The position numbers and the translations under genes were made by a program. From the human T2T-CHM13v2.0 reference genome, Homo sapiens, in NCBI RefSeq assembly GCF_009914755.1, contig NC_060938.1: a DNA stretch of 64,000 nt; one strand, given 5' to 3'. Shown here in pieces: positions 12,923 through 31,432 of this stretch. Each line of letters begins with the position of its first letter. Position 1 is the first letter of the stretch. The notes beneath the pieces were generated by a model. That model made no database searches, was not told the DNA's origin, and saw only the letters and a program-made list of their open reading frames with translations.

Positions 12923-13772
12923 TATATACTATGTATATATAATTTATATTTATATATTATATATAATATATAAACTTATACATATACACCTTTATGTATA
13001 AAAGATATATATTTCATATATCTGTATACATAAAAGATATATATTTTATATATATGGCCTTATTTTTCCATTCTACAGCAGAAGAGGTTGAAATCAAAAG
13101 AAAATCAGATACTGTATTCTGGCATTAAATATTCCAGTGCTGTGCATTATATTTGGAATCACATGTATATGCCTCATCTCAGCCTATTTGGTGGGCGCCC
13201 CCAACAAAGTCTCACAACAACACTAAGTTGTGAGTGACTCTGTTATTTTAAAACGCAGCTCACCTCTCAGTGCCTCAGAAGCCGGTACTATAACACCGGG
13301 TTTCCAACAAAGGCATTGGATTCCAGCTGAAGCCTCTTTCCCTGTGCTTACTTAAAGGTAGTAATATTCTCAGAAAGGTTTAAGAGGTGGCTTCTTGTTT
13401 AGCAGGGAATTGCTGAAAGGAAAAATGTATGGAAAGTCACTGGGCATGAACAGCCATCTTTTCTTGCTACACACAGGTCATGTGCAAATTTGGGGACAGT
13501 TAGTACAAAACATGTGATGGAAATTTGGGCTCTGACATCAGTGAGCTTATTTCACACAGACTCCAGTTGACCATATTGGTTCCGACCAATTTTAGCCACT
13601 TTTTAGAAGTCTCATAAGTGGAATAAATTTCATGCTTTCAACAAGTTCTATCTTTTCTTATCTGTCATTCTGCAAACTGAAGAATTTCTGCTAGTCATTG
13701 GTTGAACTCTTTGGGGACCTGGTTCTAGTTTCTGTCAAAGAGAAAACAACAAATGTGATAGGTTATCACTTC

Positions 13773-14110
13773 TGACTTAGTTCAGACTTCTATACCAAAA
13801 AACATAGACTAGGCAACTTATAAACAAAAGACTTTAGTTCTGGAGGCTAGAAATTTGAGATTGGCTTCCAGCATGGTTGGGGTCTGGTAAGGACTCTCTT
13901 CTGAGTTTCAAACTCCAGACTTCAGGTTGTATTCTCATTTAGCAGAGAGAGGGACAGACAGCTTTCTGCGGTTTCTTTTACAAAGCCAGTAATCTCTATC
14001 ACGAGGGCCTCATGCTTAGGACTTAATTACCTCTGACCTGCTAAGGCCATTACACTGGGAATTAATGTTCTGGAATGTGAATATGGTGGGGAATCACATA
14101 GTCTACTGCA
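13773..14110. mobile_element. MaLR LTR (MLT1A/MST-like)
   Basis: Motifs catagactaggcaacttataaac...ttctggaggctag...ccagcatggttgggg...gagggcctcatg...taattacctc. Mirror at ~34036..34374. Confidence 0.75.
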
Positions 14111-14269
14111 ACTTCCAAAGTTATATTTCTAAAATAGCTATTATTTTCCTCCCTCTTGCTCTGTCCTGTGTTTCATCTCTCAATCTCTCTGTCTCCCTTT
14201 CTCTTTTTCTGTGCATATGTCTGTCTATCTCTTTCATTTTCCATCTCTCTATTGTATTCTTCAAGATGA

Positions 14270-14598
14270 GGAAGCGATCTCCAGTGTCCTAAGATGCTCT
14301 AGGCACAGACCCACATGATAGAGAACTGAGGAACTGCCCAGGCCAATCAACAGGAAGAAACTGGGGTTCTCAGTTCACATTGAATCTTGCCAATTTCCAT
14401 GAGGCAGATTGGAGGCTGATCTCTCCCCAAATCCAGCTTCAGTTGAAATCACAGCCCCAGCCTCATAAGGGACCTTGAGGCAGAGGCACCCAACTAAGCT
14501 ATATCGAGATTCTGGTTCACAAAAATTGTGAGATAGTATTTGTTGTCAAAATGTGCTAAAATTCAGGGCAATGTTGTCAGAGATGGGCAAATGACTAA
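14270..14598 (+). mobile_element. MaLR LTR (MLT1D/E/F-like)
   Basis: gaggaactg...cacagcccca...cagaggcacccaactaagct...aaaattgtgagata...tgactaa pattern. Mirror at ~33546..33880. Confidence 0.6.
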
Positions 14599-14699
14599 CC
14601 TCCTCTTTCAGACCCCAGGATACACCCTCCCCTCTTTTCCTTTCTTTCTCAGGCTGCCTACAGCCACACTTGTCCCTTTATAACCTCCTCTGCTAAACT

Positions 14700-15050
14700 G
14701 ACTTGTGCCTCTGAGTCTTTTCACAAAGAGTGGCTTTTCCCTGACACACTTTCCACACCTGCGCAGTTGTCATTCTGGTCACAACGTAATGTCAGCTCAG
14801 TGAGGTATTCATGTCCCCTGCAGGCAACCTCTCCCCAGCCCTCCCTCCAAACATTCTACTTTATTTCCATTATAAAATGCTCTTTTCTTTCGCATGTACT
14901 TGCTTTAGTGTTTTTGTCCTGCAGTCCTCGGGCTGTGGGCTCCCGCCGGGAGGCAGGGATAACATAATCGTTTTTGGTACCACATGGTGAACCTACCAAG
15001 GTAGCTGCCACAGGGTGAGTGCTAGGGGAAGAGCCGCTGAGTAAAATAAC
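14700..15050 (+). mobile_element. L2 3' fragment
   Basis: Degenerate L2 3'-end pattern (ctgtgggctcc...gaggcaggga). Mirror at ~33080..33440. Confidence 0.45.
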
Positions 15051-16811
15051 ATGGAAAATCACAAAGTCCTTCCTGCTTTCGGTCACCCAATAATGTGGAG
15101 ATCAAGAATGATAACAGGAGCTGCAGGCCCTCAGCCTGTCTCTCCCCCGGCTCCAGCTACTCCAGTAAAGTCCAGCGGGCACAAGAAACACGTGGTCTGC
15201 CGCCACCTAGAGACCTCCACTAGCACTGAAGTCCCAGGTGGAAGCATCACAAAACAGGTACCTGCATTGGGGAATTCTCAAGGCAGTGGCTCTTCAGGGA
15301 CCCCTGGGAAAAGGAGCAGTATCTGAAGGCTCCAAGGGCCATAAAAGTGACCTCGGAAGCCTCCCTTGATTCCTATTTTCCTCAGCCTCGTTGGGTGTGC
15401 TGTGCACTCATTAAACATTTTAACAGCATTCGGCGACATTATTTTCTTCCACTTCCGAATGAGGACCTCAAGGACAGCCCAAAAAACTAGTATTTTTTTC
15501 TGGGCCCCACACTCCAGAGCCCAGTGCATTGTCACATTCTGCTTTATTCCAAGTCCTCATCCGCCCAAGTCTCTAGGCCTCTCTCTTCTCTGAAGGACCT
15601 CTAGAAACTGAAAACCCTCTTCCCAGAGTCTCAAAGCATAGTGAGTTACCAATGAAAAGCCAAGAGCAGCAGACACCTATGAGTATCTAGAATCCTTGGT
15701 ATTATTCCTTCAGAGTACCCCTATTTATGAGGGAGAAAACAAAGGCTTTCTTTCCCGTAGCCTCTCTTTACATCACACGGGGTGGTGGGTGGAGGGCATA
15801 GCTCATTTTAGTTCCAGGTGCCCACAGAAGTGGGAGTCACAACCCCAGTCCTGTCCTCTTGAAACAGCTGGGAAGGTCCCCAGGCTTGGAAGAACCCAGG
15901 GAACCTGGAGGATCCTTCATCGCATGCTGTCAGCTCCTGGTCATGTAGCTGGGGGAGTGGATGCCTCTGCCTCATGGCAAAGCTGCATCTACTGTTTCTT
16001 CCCCTTTTGTCACTTCTTTGGTTTCCTCTTCCCTAACCTCACTTTAGAATCTCCACTTTAGATCTCCACTTTAGAAGACTGTGTGTGTGTGTGTGTGTGT
16101 GATGTGTTTGTGTGTGCATGCCTGCACACCTACGTGACAACATTGAAGAGTAGAAAGCCCAGGTAGAAAGTAGAGCACAGGGTTTTCCAGGACTCAGGGG
16201 CTCTCATTTCCAAAGCAAACCTGATGGGTGGGGTGCATGCAAGGCCTAGGAAGCTGGATCCCTCCCTAATACTCTGTGCTCTGCCCAATTTCTGGGATCT
16301 GGACAAGTCTTTGCCTTTTTTGGGGGTCTCAGTCTTCCTGTTGTAAAAAGAAGAGTTGGCTACAAAACTGTATGAGCACATGCTCAGTGAAGACAGGGTG
16401 TCATACTCAATACCACAGAGAATATTGGGATGGGGAAAGTTTGGGCAGACTTAGGTGTCCACGCGTGCTCAGGCCTCTGAACAGGGCCAATGCAGGCGAA
16501 CATAAAGCATGGCACAGCCAGGTTTTCTTTCCAGGGCTACAGGATGAAACAGTGCACCACAGAATCTGCTCTTGAGGTCGGTCCCGCAAGATTTTCCCAC
16601 CTTCAACCAGCAACTGTTTGATGAATTTCATGTCCTGCGAAGCCCATATTCACCCCCATTACAGTGAGGGGCACAGGGCACTACACCTGTAAAATAATGT
16701 CTTTTTCCTTTTTTTCTTTTCTTTTCTTTTTTTTTTTAACTGAGAGGATGTTTCTTCTTTCTCTTTTTCTGTTTTGTTTGTTTTTTAACTAATTTTTAAG
16801 AGGTCTTCACA

Positions 16812-17110
16812 GGTCAGCTGTGGTAACTCGCACCTGTAATTTCAACACTTTGGGAGGATGAGGCAGGTGGATTATTTGAGGTCAGGAGTTCAAAACCAGC
16901 CTGGTGAACCTGGTGAAAATCCGTCTCTACTAAACTTACAAAAAAATTAGCGGGGAATGGTGGCCCAAGCCTGTAGCCCCAGCTACTCAGGAGGCTGAGA
17001 CAGAAGAATTGCTGAAACTTGGGAGGCAGAGGTTGCAGTGAGCCGAGATTGCACGACTGCACTCCAGACTGGGTGACAGAGTGAGTCTCTGTAAAAAAAA
17101 AAAAAAAAAA
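16812..17110 (+). mobile_element. Alu (AluS-like) with poly(A) then (GA)n
   Basis: Full dimer. Mirror at 31022..31314. Confidence 0.93.
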
Positions 17111-17289
17111 GAGAGAGAGAGAGAGGGAGAGAGAGAGTGCTCTTCATGGAAACATGAGCCCCTTTGTAATTTCATGTGTTGAAAATATTTATTCCAATTT
17201 TGCAATTTCTTTTCTTATTGTGGTGTTCTCTTTAAGTTTGGTTTAGATGTTATTAATGTTTCTCCCCAAATTGATTTATTGATTTCCAT

Positions 17290-18785
17290 TTTCACAATAC
17301 AATATTTTGGCAGAAATCTTGTGGAAACTGTCTAATCAGTTTAAAAATTTAAACACATATTAAAAAATCAAAGAACTGTAAAAACTGTCCTGAAGAATGA
17401 CAAAGTTTGTGAGCTTACAATGCCATATATTCAGACTTAGATTAAAGCTATAGTAATAAAAGCTATCTATGGTAGTAATGCAAAAATAGGCACAAAGAAA
17501 ACTAGAAAAACTCGAGAGTCCAACTCAGACTCACACATTTAGACATTTTGTATATTACAAAACAGGCACAGAAGAGCAGTGGAGAGAAGACAGCATCTCG
17601 GTAATTAGCCTTGGGTCATCTGGTTATTTATGTGAGAAAGAAATAAACCTATCTTATATTGTTAACAAATTTCGAGACAAGTGGATTTTAAATTTTAAGG
17701 TGAAAATTGAAAACAATATTTCTAGTAGATAACATAGATAAGTATGTCCATGACTTTGGCACAGGCCAAGATTTCTTGGGACACAAAATGCATAAATTAT
17801 CAAGACAAAAATATGACAAATTGGACTTTATTAGAATTAAAACCTTCTCTTCATAAAAAAAAAATGCTTCAGGAGAGCTGAAAGGCAAGAACAAAGTGGA
17901 AATCAACATTTGTCATATATTGATCTGGCAAAAGCTTTTTATCTAGATTATTAAGCTAAATCCCATCACTTAATAAACAAAGATGCATACATTGAACAAA
18001 ATTGGCAAAGATATGACTAGGAGTTCCACATACAGAACCGAAGGGCCAACAAGTAGATGAACATATCCACATTCTTATGCATCAGAACAATGCATATGAA
18101 AACTACAATTGAATACCACTATGCAATCATTAACATTTTTGAAAACTGACAAAATTAAGTACTAGTGATGATGTCAAGCAACTGGAACTTTCTTATACCA
18201 TTCTGTGTGCAAACTGTTATAACCACATTCAAAACCACTTGAGTAGTAACTCCTTACATACACGATGTACATAAGCACACTCTAGAACCCAGCAACTCTG
18301 CTAGTAGGTATATACACCCAATAGAATTGCCAGCATATTTTCCAATGTAGTAAAGTGCTCGAAGTAGCATTATTTGGTACTTTTCCAAACTGAAAAAAAC
18401 TCAAATGTGCATCAATAATAAAATAAATAACTAAAACAGCTACATATTCCTTTATAAGGGGACATTATACAGATATAAAATTAATTGGAGACATATTAAA
18501 ATATACAAAAATCTAACAAATACAATTTAATTAGATTTAAAAGTCCTATCCAGAGCAATCGGCCAATAAAAAAGAAAAAGGCATACAAATAGAAAAAGAA
18601 ATTGAATTCTCTTTCTCCATTTGCAATATGAGTCACTACGTAGAGAATGCTAAAGCCTCTCCAAAACTACTTTTGGGGAAAACTTGAAAAGCCTCCTGAA
18701 ACGGATAAGCAAGTAAAGTTTTAGGACACAAAACCAATGTACAAAAATCAGCAGCATTTCTATGCATCAACAACTTTGAATTCCT
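17290..18785 (+). mobile_element. Ancient L1M fragments
   Basis: Motifs aaagctatagtaataaa, ggactttattagaattaaaaccttct and aatgtacaaaaatcagcagcatttctat. Mirror at ~29335..30800. Confidence 0.7.
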
Positions 18786-20269
18786 GAACATCTTCTGGTT
18801 TTATTGCATTTTCAATTTTTTCCCTCCATTAACTATACATTTTTTCTTTTTTCAGCTAAACTAATTTATTCTTCTGTATAATTTCACCTTGTTAATAAAC
18901 CCCAGGCCAAAAGGTGGGAATAAAGTATTTGTCTGCATCCTGTTTCCTCATTTTGAAAACTAGTCTAGATGAAACCTATACTTGTTCTAGGGAGTTGGCA
19001 TAGACAGCATTTATTTCCATTCTCTGCAGGGATGCCAGCCAGAAAGAGGGAGTTCCGCATTTTCACTTTGGTTAGACAGGACTCTGGATGGTTGTAGGGG
19101 AAAAGATCCAAACTCTAAGGGAGTCAAATCAGACATTGCAAAGATTTATACATTTACTCTGGGAGCAATTATTGTGTTAAATTTTGTGCAAAACACTGCG
19201 CAAAGAGCAATTAAAGTGAAAATTATTAAGGCATTACCTTTACCTTGGGAAACTCACACTAGTCAGATTCTCCGAACCCCAGAACATAACAACAACCTAG
19301 TAAAATCTTGTTCAGAGTGAAGAGAGGGTGGGAGCAGGAAGGTAAGGTTAAAAATTAGGCTGGGTGAATGAGATAATTACCCCTAGTCAAGCAGTGGAAG
19401 TATGGATGGCTTTGGGATGGGTGAAGACAAAAGAATCTCAGCAGAGGGTGCAGATAAAAAAAGGCAGAAACACAGGAGGCTTATGCAGGAAGAGGAATGA
19501 GTTTGCTGGACTGGGGAGAGTGACAGTAAAAAGCAGAGGATAATAGGCATCTCTGGTCATCTAGGGACTATAGGGTGGATTAGTTGGGGGTTACAGAATC
19601 AGTGAGGTACTTTTTAACAGTAGGATGGGTAAATAAGAGCTATAATTTGGAATAATTATGTAGCAATGGTGGTTAGGAGCAATAGAAACTCAAAGTATTA
19701 CATAAATATGTTTTTTTCTTATTCTCCCACACAAGCCTTTCACCTTCCCTCTTAAACTGAGAACGGAGTGGTTTGCTATGATGTTTTTAAATTCTCACAG
19801 GCAAGCATTACTCTGTGCTGCCTTTTAATAAAGGCTAATTTTAACCAAATTAAAGAAGATTGAATGGATTTTCTTGCTCATAATGGTTGAGTACAACATC
19901 TCTTACCTTCTACTAGTTTTCAGTATAACTGAAGTAACAGAATGTCAATACTCCATGGAGGGGTGCTCCGCTTGCTAAGGCTCCCTCCTCTGGGCTAGGC
20001 CTTCTACACCATGGCTGTCCTGCTGTGGCTGGAGCTGGAATTTGGATTGACCTCTGTGTGTCTTCCTAGCACACAACAGGTGTCCAATTAGCATGGGCAG
20101 AATCAAGCTCCTCCCTCTCACCATTTATTTCTCCATTTGTCCCTTGATGGGAATGGAGAGTCCTGCCACTGAGTTCAGCCCAGGGTTGAAGTTCAAATCT
20201 CAGCTGATACTTGGTGGATGTTGACTTTTTTGAGAAGAACTTGGGAGAATAAAACATTATAAAGGCGCT

Positions 20270-20566
20270 GGCCAGGCACGGTGTCTCATGCCTGTATTCC
20301 TGGCATATTGATTGGCTGAGGAGATAGAATTGCTTGAGGCCAGGAATTTGATACCAGCCTTGTCAACATAGTGAGACCCCATTTATACAAAAAACTTGAA
20401 GCATTAAAAAAATTTAGCCAGGTGTGATAGTTCCAAACTTGTCTCAGCTATGCTGGACATTGAGGCAGAGGATCACTTGAGCCAGGAGTTCTAGGCTACA
20501 GGGAGCTATGATCGTGCTGCTGAACTCCAACCAGGGCAACCACGCAAGATGTTTCAAAAATAAAAT
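20270..20566 (+). mobile_element. Old Alu (AluJ-like)
   Basis: ggccaggcacggtgtctcatgcctgta... Mirror at 27552..27848. Confidence 0.88.
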
Positions 20567-21069
20567 CTTTTATTATTCTTCACCCCTATAGTCTCTCCAG
20601 AACTTGTGCACTATGTAGCAGAAAGAATCAAACTCCCCAAGAGTTTGGTTCTTGCTTATGATTTGGTTTTCTGCTGCTTGGCTGCCCCGTCATGTCCCCA
20701 TTTTGTATAAATAAGAACCCCCAGGTGAAGTGGAGTTTCTCCCCAGCAGAGGGTCTCACCAAGGCCCCAGGACTGGCACTTTAGGTGGAGGCTTGCCTTT
20801 CAACCTCTGAATAATAATTGATACTAAAATTGAGAAGTTTTCCAGACACCAGCTTCCTGAAAGGAGCACTCAGTCGAGACAAGATGAGGTCAGTAGCGAA
20901 GGTGACTCAGGCTGAGTGGGCCGTACATTCCTCTACTTTTCCCAAACTTCCCTCTGACATCCTCCAAACTTTCTGTCTTCCCAGGACTTTCTTGCCAGGG
21001 GTCTAATGAAGTAAAAGCTTTAAAATTGCTTTGATTTTAAAAATAATTTTATTGGTTCTTAAAATGTAC

Positions 21070-26975
<5,906 letters not shown>

Positions 26976-27551
26976 GTACATTTTAAGAATCAATAAAATT
27001 ATTTTTAAAATCAAAGCAATTTTAAAGCTTTTACTTCTTTAGACTCCTTGGCAAGAAAGCCCTGGGAAGATAGAAAGTTTGGAGGATGTCAGAGGGAAGT
27101 TTGGGAAAAGTAGAGGAATATATGGAGGGCAGAAGGAGTGAACATTAGGGAAACCCTCCCCTAGCTCAGTCTTCAGATACGCTGGTGGACTTCCCCATTC
27201 AGCCTGAGTCACCTTCGCTACTGACCTCATCTTGTCTTCTGACTGGATGCTCCTTTCAGGAAGCTGGTGTCTGGAAAACTTCTCAATTTTAGTATCAATT
27301 ATTATTCAGAGGCTGAAAGGCAAGCCTCCACCTAAAGTGCCAGTCTTGGGGCCTTGGTGAGACCCTCTGCTGGGGAGAAACTCCACTTCACTGGGGGGTT
27401 CTTATTTTATACAAAATGGGGACATGACGGGGCAGCCAAGCAGCAGAAAACCAAATCATGAGCAAGAACCAAACTCTTGGGGAGTTTGATTCTTTCTGCT
27501 ACATAGTGCACAAGTTCTGGAGAGACTATAGGGGTGAAGAATAATAAAAGA

Positions 27552-27848
27552 TTTTATTTTTGAATCATCTTGCGTGGTTGCCTGTTTGGAGTGCAGTAGC
27601 GTGATCATAGTTCACCGCAGCCTAGAACTCCTGGCTCAAGTGATCCTCTGTCTCAATATCCAGCATAGCTGAGACAACAGTTTGGAACTATCACACCTGG
27701 CTAAATGTTTTTAATGCTTCAAGTTTTTTGTATAAATGGGGTCTCACTATGTTGACAAGGCTGGTATCAAATTCCTGGCCTCAAGCAATTCTATCTCCTC
27801 AGCCAATCAATATGCCAGGAATACAGGCATGAGACACCGTGCCTGGCC
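27552..27848 (-). mobile_element. Old Alu, mirror copy
   Basis: Reverse complement of 20270..20566. Confidence 0.88.
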
Positions 27849-29334
27849 AGCGCCTTTATAATGTTTTATTCTCCCAAGTTCTTCTCAAAAAAGTCAACAT
27901 CCACCAAGTATCAGCTGAGATTTGAACTTCAACCCTGGGCTGAACTCAGTGGCAGGACTCTCCATTCCCAACAAGGGACAAATGGAGAAATAAATGGTGA
28001 GAGGGAGGAGCTTGATTCTGCCCATGCTAATTGGACACCTATTGTGTGCTAGGAAGACACACAGAGGTCAATCCAAATTCCAGCTCCAGCCAGAGCAGGA
28101 CAGCCATGGTGTAGAAGGCCTAGCCCAGAGGAGGGAGCCTTAGCAAGCGGAGCACCCCTCCATGGAGTATTGACACTCTGTTATTTCAGTTATACTGAAA
28201 ACTAATAGAAGGTATGAGATATTGCACTCAACCATTATGAGCAAGAAAATCCATTCAATCTTCTTTAATTTGGTTAAAACTAACCTTTACTAAAAGGCAG
28301 CAAAGAATAATGCTTGTCTGTGAGAATTTAAAAACATCATAGCAAACCACTCCGTTCTCAGTTTAAGAGGAAAGGCAAAACGCTTGTGTGGGAGAATAAG
28401 AAAAAAAATATTTATGTAATACTTTGAGTTTCTATTGCTCCTAACCACCATTGCTACATAATTATTCCAAATTATAGCTCTTATTTACCCATCCTACTGT
28501 TAAAAAGTACCTCACTGATTCTGTAACCCCCAACTAATCCACCCTATAGTCCCTAGATGACCAGAGATGCCTATTATCCTCTGCTTTTTACTGTCACTCT
28601 CCCCAGTCCAGCAAACTCATTCCTCTTCCTGCATAAGCCTCCTGTGTTTCTGCCTTTTTTTATCTGCACCCTCTGCTGAGATTCTTTTGTCTTCACCCAT
28701 CCCAAAGCCATCCATACTTCCACTGCTTGACTAGGGGTAATTATCTCATTCACCCAGCCTAATTTTTAAACTTACCTTCCTGCTCCCACCCTCTCTTCAC
28801 TCTGAACAAGATTTTACTAGGTTGTTGTTATGTTCTGGGGTTCGGAGAATCTGACTAGTGTGAGTTTCCCAAGGTAAAGGTAATGCCTTAATAATTTTCA
28901 CTTTAATTGCTGTTTGCGCAGTGTTTTGCACAAAATTTAACACAATAATTGCTCCCAGAGTAAATGTATAAATCTTTGCAATGTCTGATTTGACTCCCTT
29001 AGAGTTTGGATCTTTTCCCCTACAACCATCCAGAGTCCTGTCTAACCAAAGTGAAAATGCGGAACTCCCTCTTTCTGGCTGGCATCACTGCTGAGAACGG
29101 AAATAAATGCTGTCTATGCCAACTCCCTAGAACAAGTATAGGTTTCATCTAGACTAGTTTTCAAAATGAGGAAACAGGATGCAGACAAATACTTTATTCC
29201 CACTTTTTGGCCTGGGGTTTATTAACAAGGTGAAATTATACAGAAGAATAAATTAGTTTAGCTGAAAAAAGAAAAAATGTATAGTTAATGGAGGGAAAAA
29301 ATTGAAAATGCAATAAAACCAGAAGATGTTCAGG

Positions 29335-30800
29335 AATTCAAAGTTGTTGATACATAGAAATACTACTGGTTTTTGTACATTGGTTTTGTGTCCTAGAACT
29401 TTACTTGCTTATCCATTTCAGGAGGCTTTTCAAGTTTTCTCCAAAAGGAGTTTTGGAAAGACTTTAGCATTGTCTACGTAGTGACTCATAATGCAAATGG
29501 AGAAAGAGAATTCAATTTTTTTTTCTATTTGTATGCCTTTTTCTTTTCTATTGGCTGATTGCTGTGGATAGGACTTTTAAATCTAATTAAATTGTATTTG
29601 TTAGATTTTTGTATATTTTAATATGTCTCCAATTAATTTTATATCTGTATAATGTCCCCTTATAAAGGAATATGTAGCTGTTTTATTTAGTTATTTTATT
29701 ACTGATGCACATTTGAGTTTTTTTCAGTTTGGAAAAGTACCAAATAATGCTGCTTAGAGCATTTGTCTGCATTGGAAAATATGCTGGCATTTCTATTGGG
29801 TGTATATACCTAGTAGCAGAGTTGCTGGGTTCTAGAGTGTGCTTATGTACATCGTGTATGTAAGGAGTTACTACTCAAGAGGTTTTGAATGCCGTTATAA
29901 CAGTTTGCACACAGAATGGTATAAGAAAGTTCCAGTTGCTTGACATCATCACTAGTACTTAATTTTGTCAGTTTTCAAAAATGTGAATGATTGCATAGTG
30001 GTATTCAATTGTAGTTTTCATATGCATTGTTCTGATGCATAAGGATGTGGATATGTTCATCTACTTGTTGGCCCTTCGGTTCTGTATGTGGAACTCCTAG
30101 TCACATGTTTGCCAATTTTGTTCAATGTATTGCATCTTTGTTTATTAATTGATGGGATTTAGTTAAATAAACTAGATAAAAGGCTTTTGCCACATAAATA
30201 TATGACAAATGTTGATTTCCACTTTGTTCTTGCCTTTCAGCTCTCCTGAAGCTTTTTTTTTATGAAGAGAAGGTTTTAATTCTAATAAAGTCCAATTTGT
30301 CATATTTTTGTCTTGAGAATTAATGCATTTTGTGTCCCGAGAAATCTGGGCCTGTGCCAGTCATGGACATATTTATCTATGTTATCTACTAGAAATATTG
30401 TTTTCAGCTTTGACCTTAAAATTTAAAATCCACTTTTCATTGGAATTTGTTAATAATATAAGATAGGAGTGTTTTTTCTCACATAAATAACTGGTTGACT
30501 CAAGGCTATTTACCGAGAAGACTGTCTTCACTCCTCTTCTGTGCCTTTTTTGTAATATACAGAATGTCCAAATGTGTGAGTCTGAGTTGGACTCTCGAGT
30601 TTTTCTAGTTTTCTTTGTGCCTATTTTTGCATTACTACCATAGATAGCTTTTATTACTATAGCTTTAATCTAAGTCTGAATATATGTCATTTTAAGCTCA
30701 CAAACTTTGTTATTCTTCAGGACAGTTTTTACATTTCTTCGATTTTTTATATGTATTTAAATTTTTTAAACTGATTAGACAGTTTCCACAAGATTTCTGC
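29335..30800 (-). mobile_element. Ancient L1M fragments, mirror copy
   Basis: Reverse complement of 17290..18785. Confidence 0.7.
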
Positions 30801-31021
30801 CAAAATATTGTATTGTGAAAATGGAAATCTATGAATCAATTTAGGGAGAAGTTACATAGAAACAAAGCAAAACAAAACACTAATAACATCCAAAACAAAC
30901 TTAAAGAGAACACCACAATAAGAAAAGAAATTCCCAAATTGGAATAAATATTTACAACTCATGAAATTACAAAGGGGCTCGCATTTCCATAAAGGGCACT
31001 CTCTCTCTCCCTCTCTCTCTC

Positions 31022-31314
31022 TTTTTTTTTTTCCACAGAGACTAACTCTGTCACCATGTCTTGAGTGCAGTCGTGCAATCTCGGCTCACTGCAACCTCTG
31101 CCTCCCAAGTTTCAGCAATTCTTCTGTCTCAGCCTCCTGAGTAGCTGGGGCTACAGGCTTGTGCCACCATTCCCGGCTAATTTTTTGTAATTTTAGTAGA
31201 GACGGGGTTTCACCAGGTTGGCCAGGCTGGTTTTTAACTCCTGACCTCAAATGATCCGCCCGCCTCAGCCTCTCAAGTGTTGAAATTACAGATGTGAGGC
31301 ACCACAGCTGACCT
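31022..31314 (-). mobile_element. Alu (AluS-like), mirror copy
   Basis: Reverse complement of 16812..17110. Confidence 0.93.
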
Positions 31315-31385
31315 GTAAAGACCTCTTAAAAATTAGTTAAAAAACAAACAAAACAGAAAAAGAGAAAGAAGAAACAGCCACTCAG

Positions 31386-31432
31386 TTAAAAGAAAAAGAT
31401 AAAGAAAAAGAAAAAGAAAAGAAAAGAAAAAA
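31386..31432. repeat. (AAAAG)n-like simple repeat
   Basis: Directly visible; a shorter T-rich equivalent lies at ~16702-16737. Confidence 0.85.

Larger units (their letters stand above)
1..21069. repeat. Left arm of large inverted segmental duplication (continues beyond window start)
   Basis: Reverse complement of 26976..48115 throughout. Base 1 cctggtcactc pairs with gagtgaccagg ending at 48115, and inner end aaaatgtac (21061-21069) pairs with gtacatttt (from 26976). Mirrored ORF pairs include 3541..3735(-)/44391..44585(+), 4609..4845(-)/43281..43517(+) and 20066..20257(-)/27861..28052(+). Confidence 0.97.
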
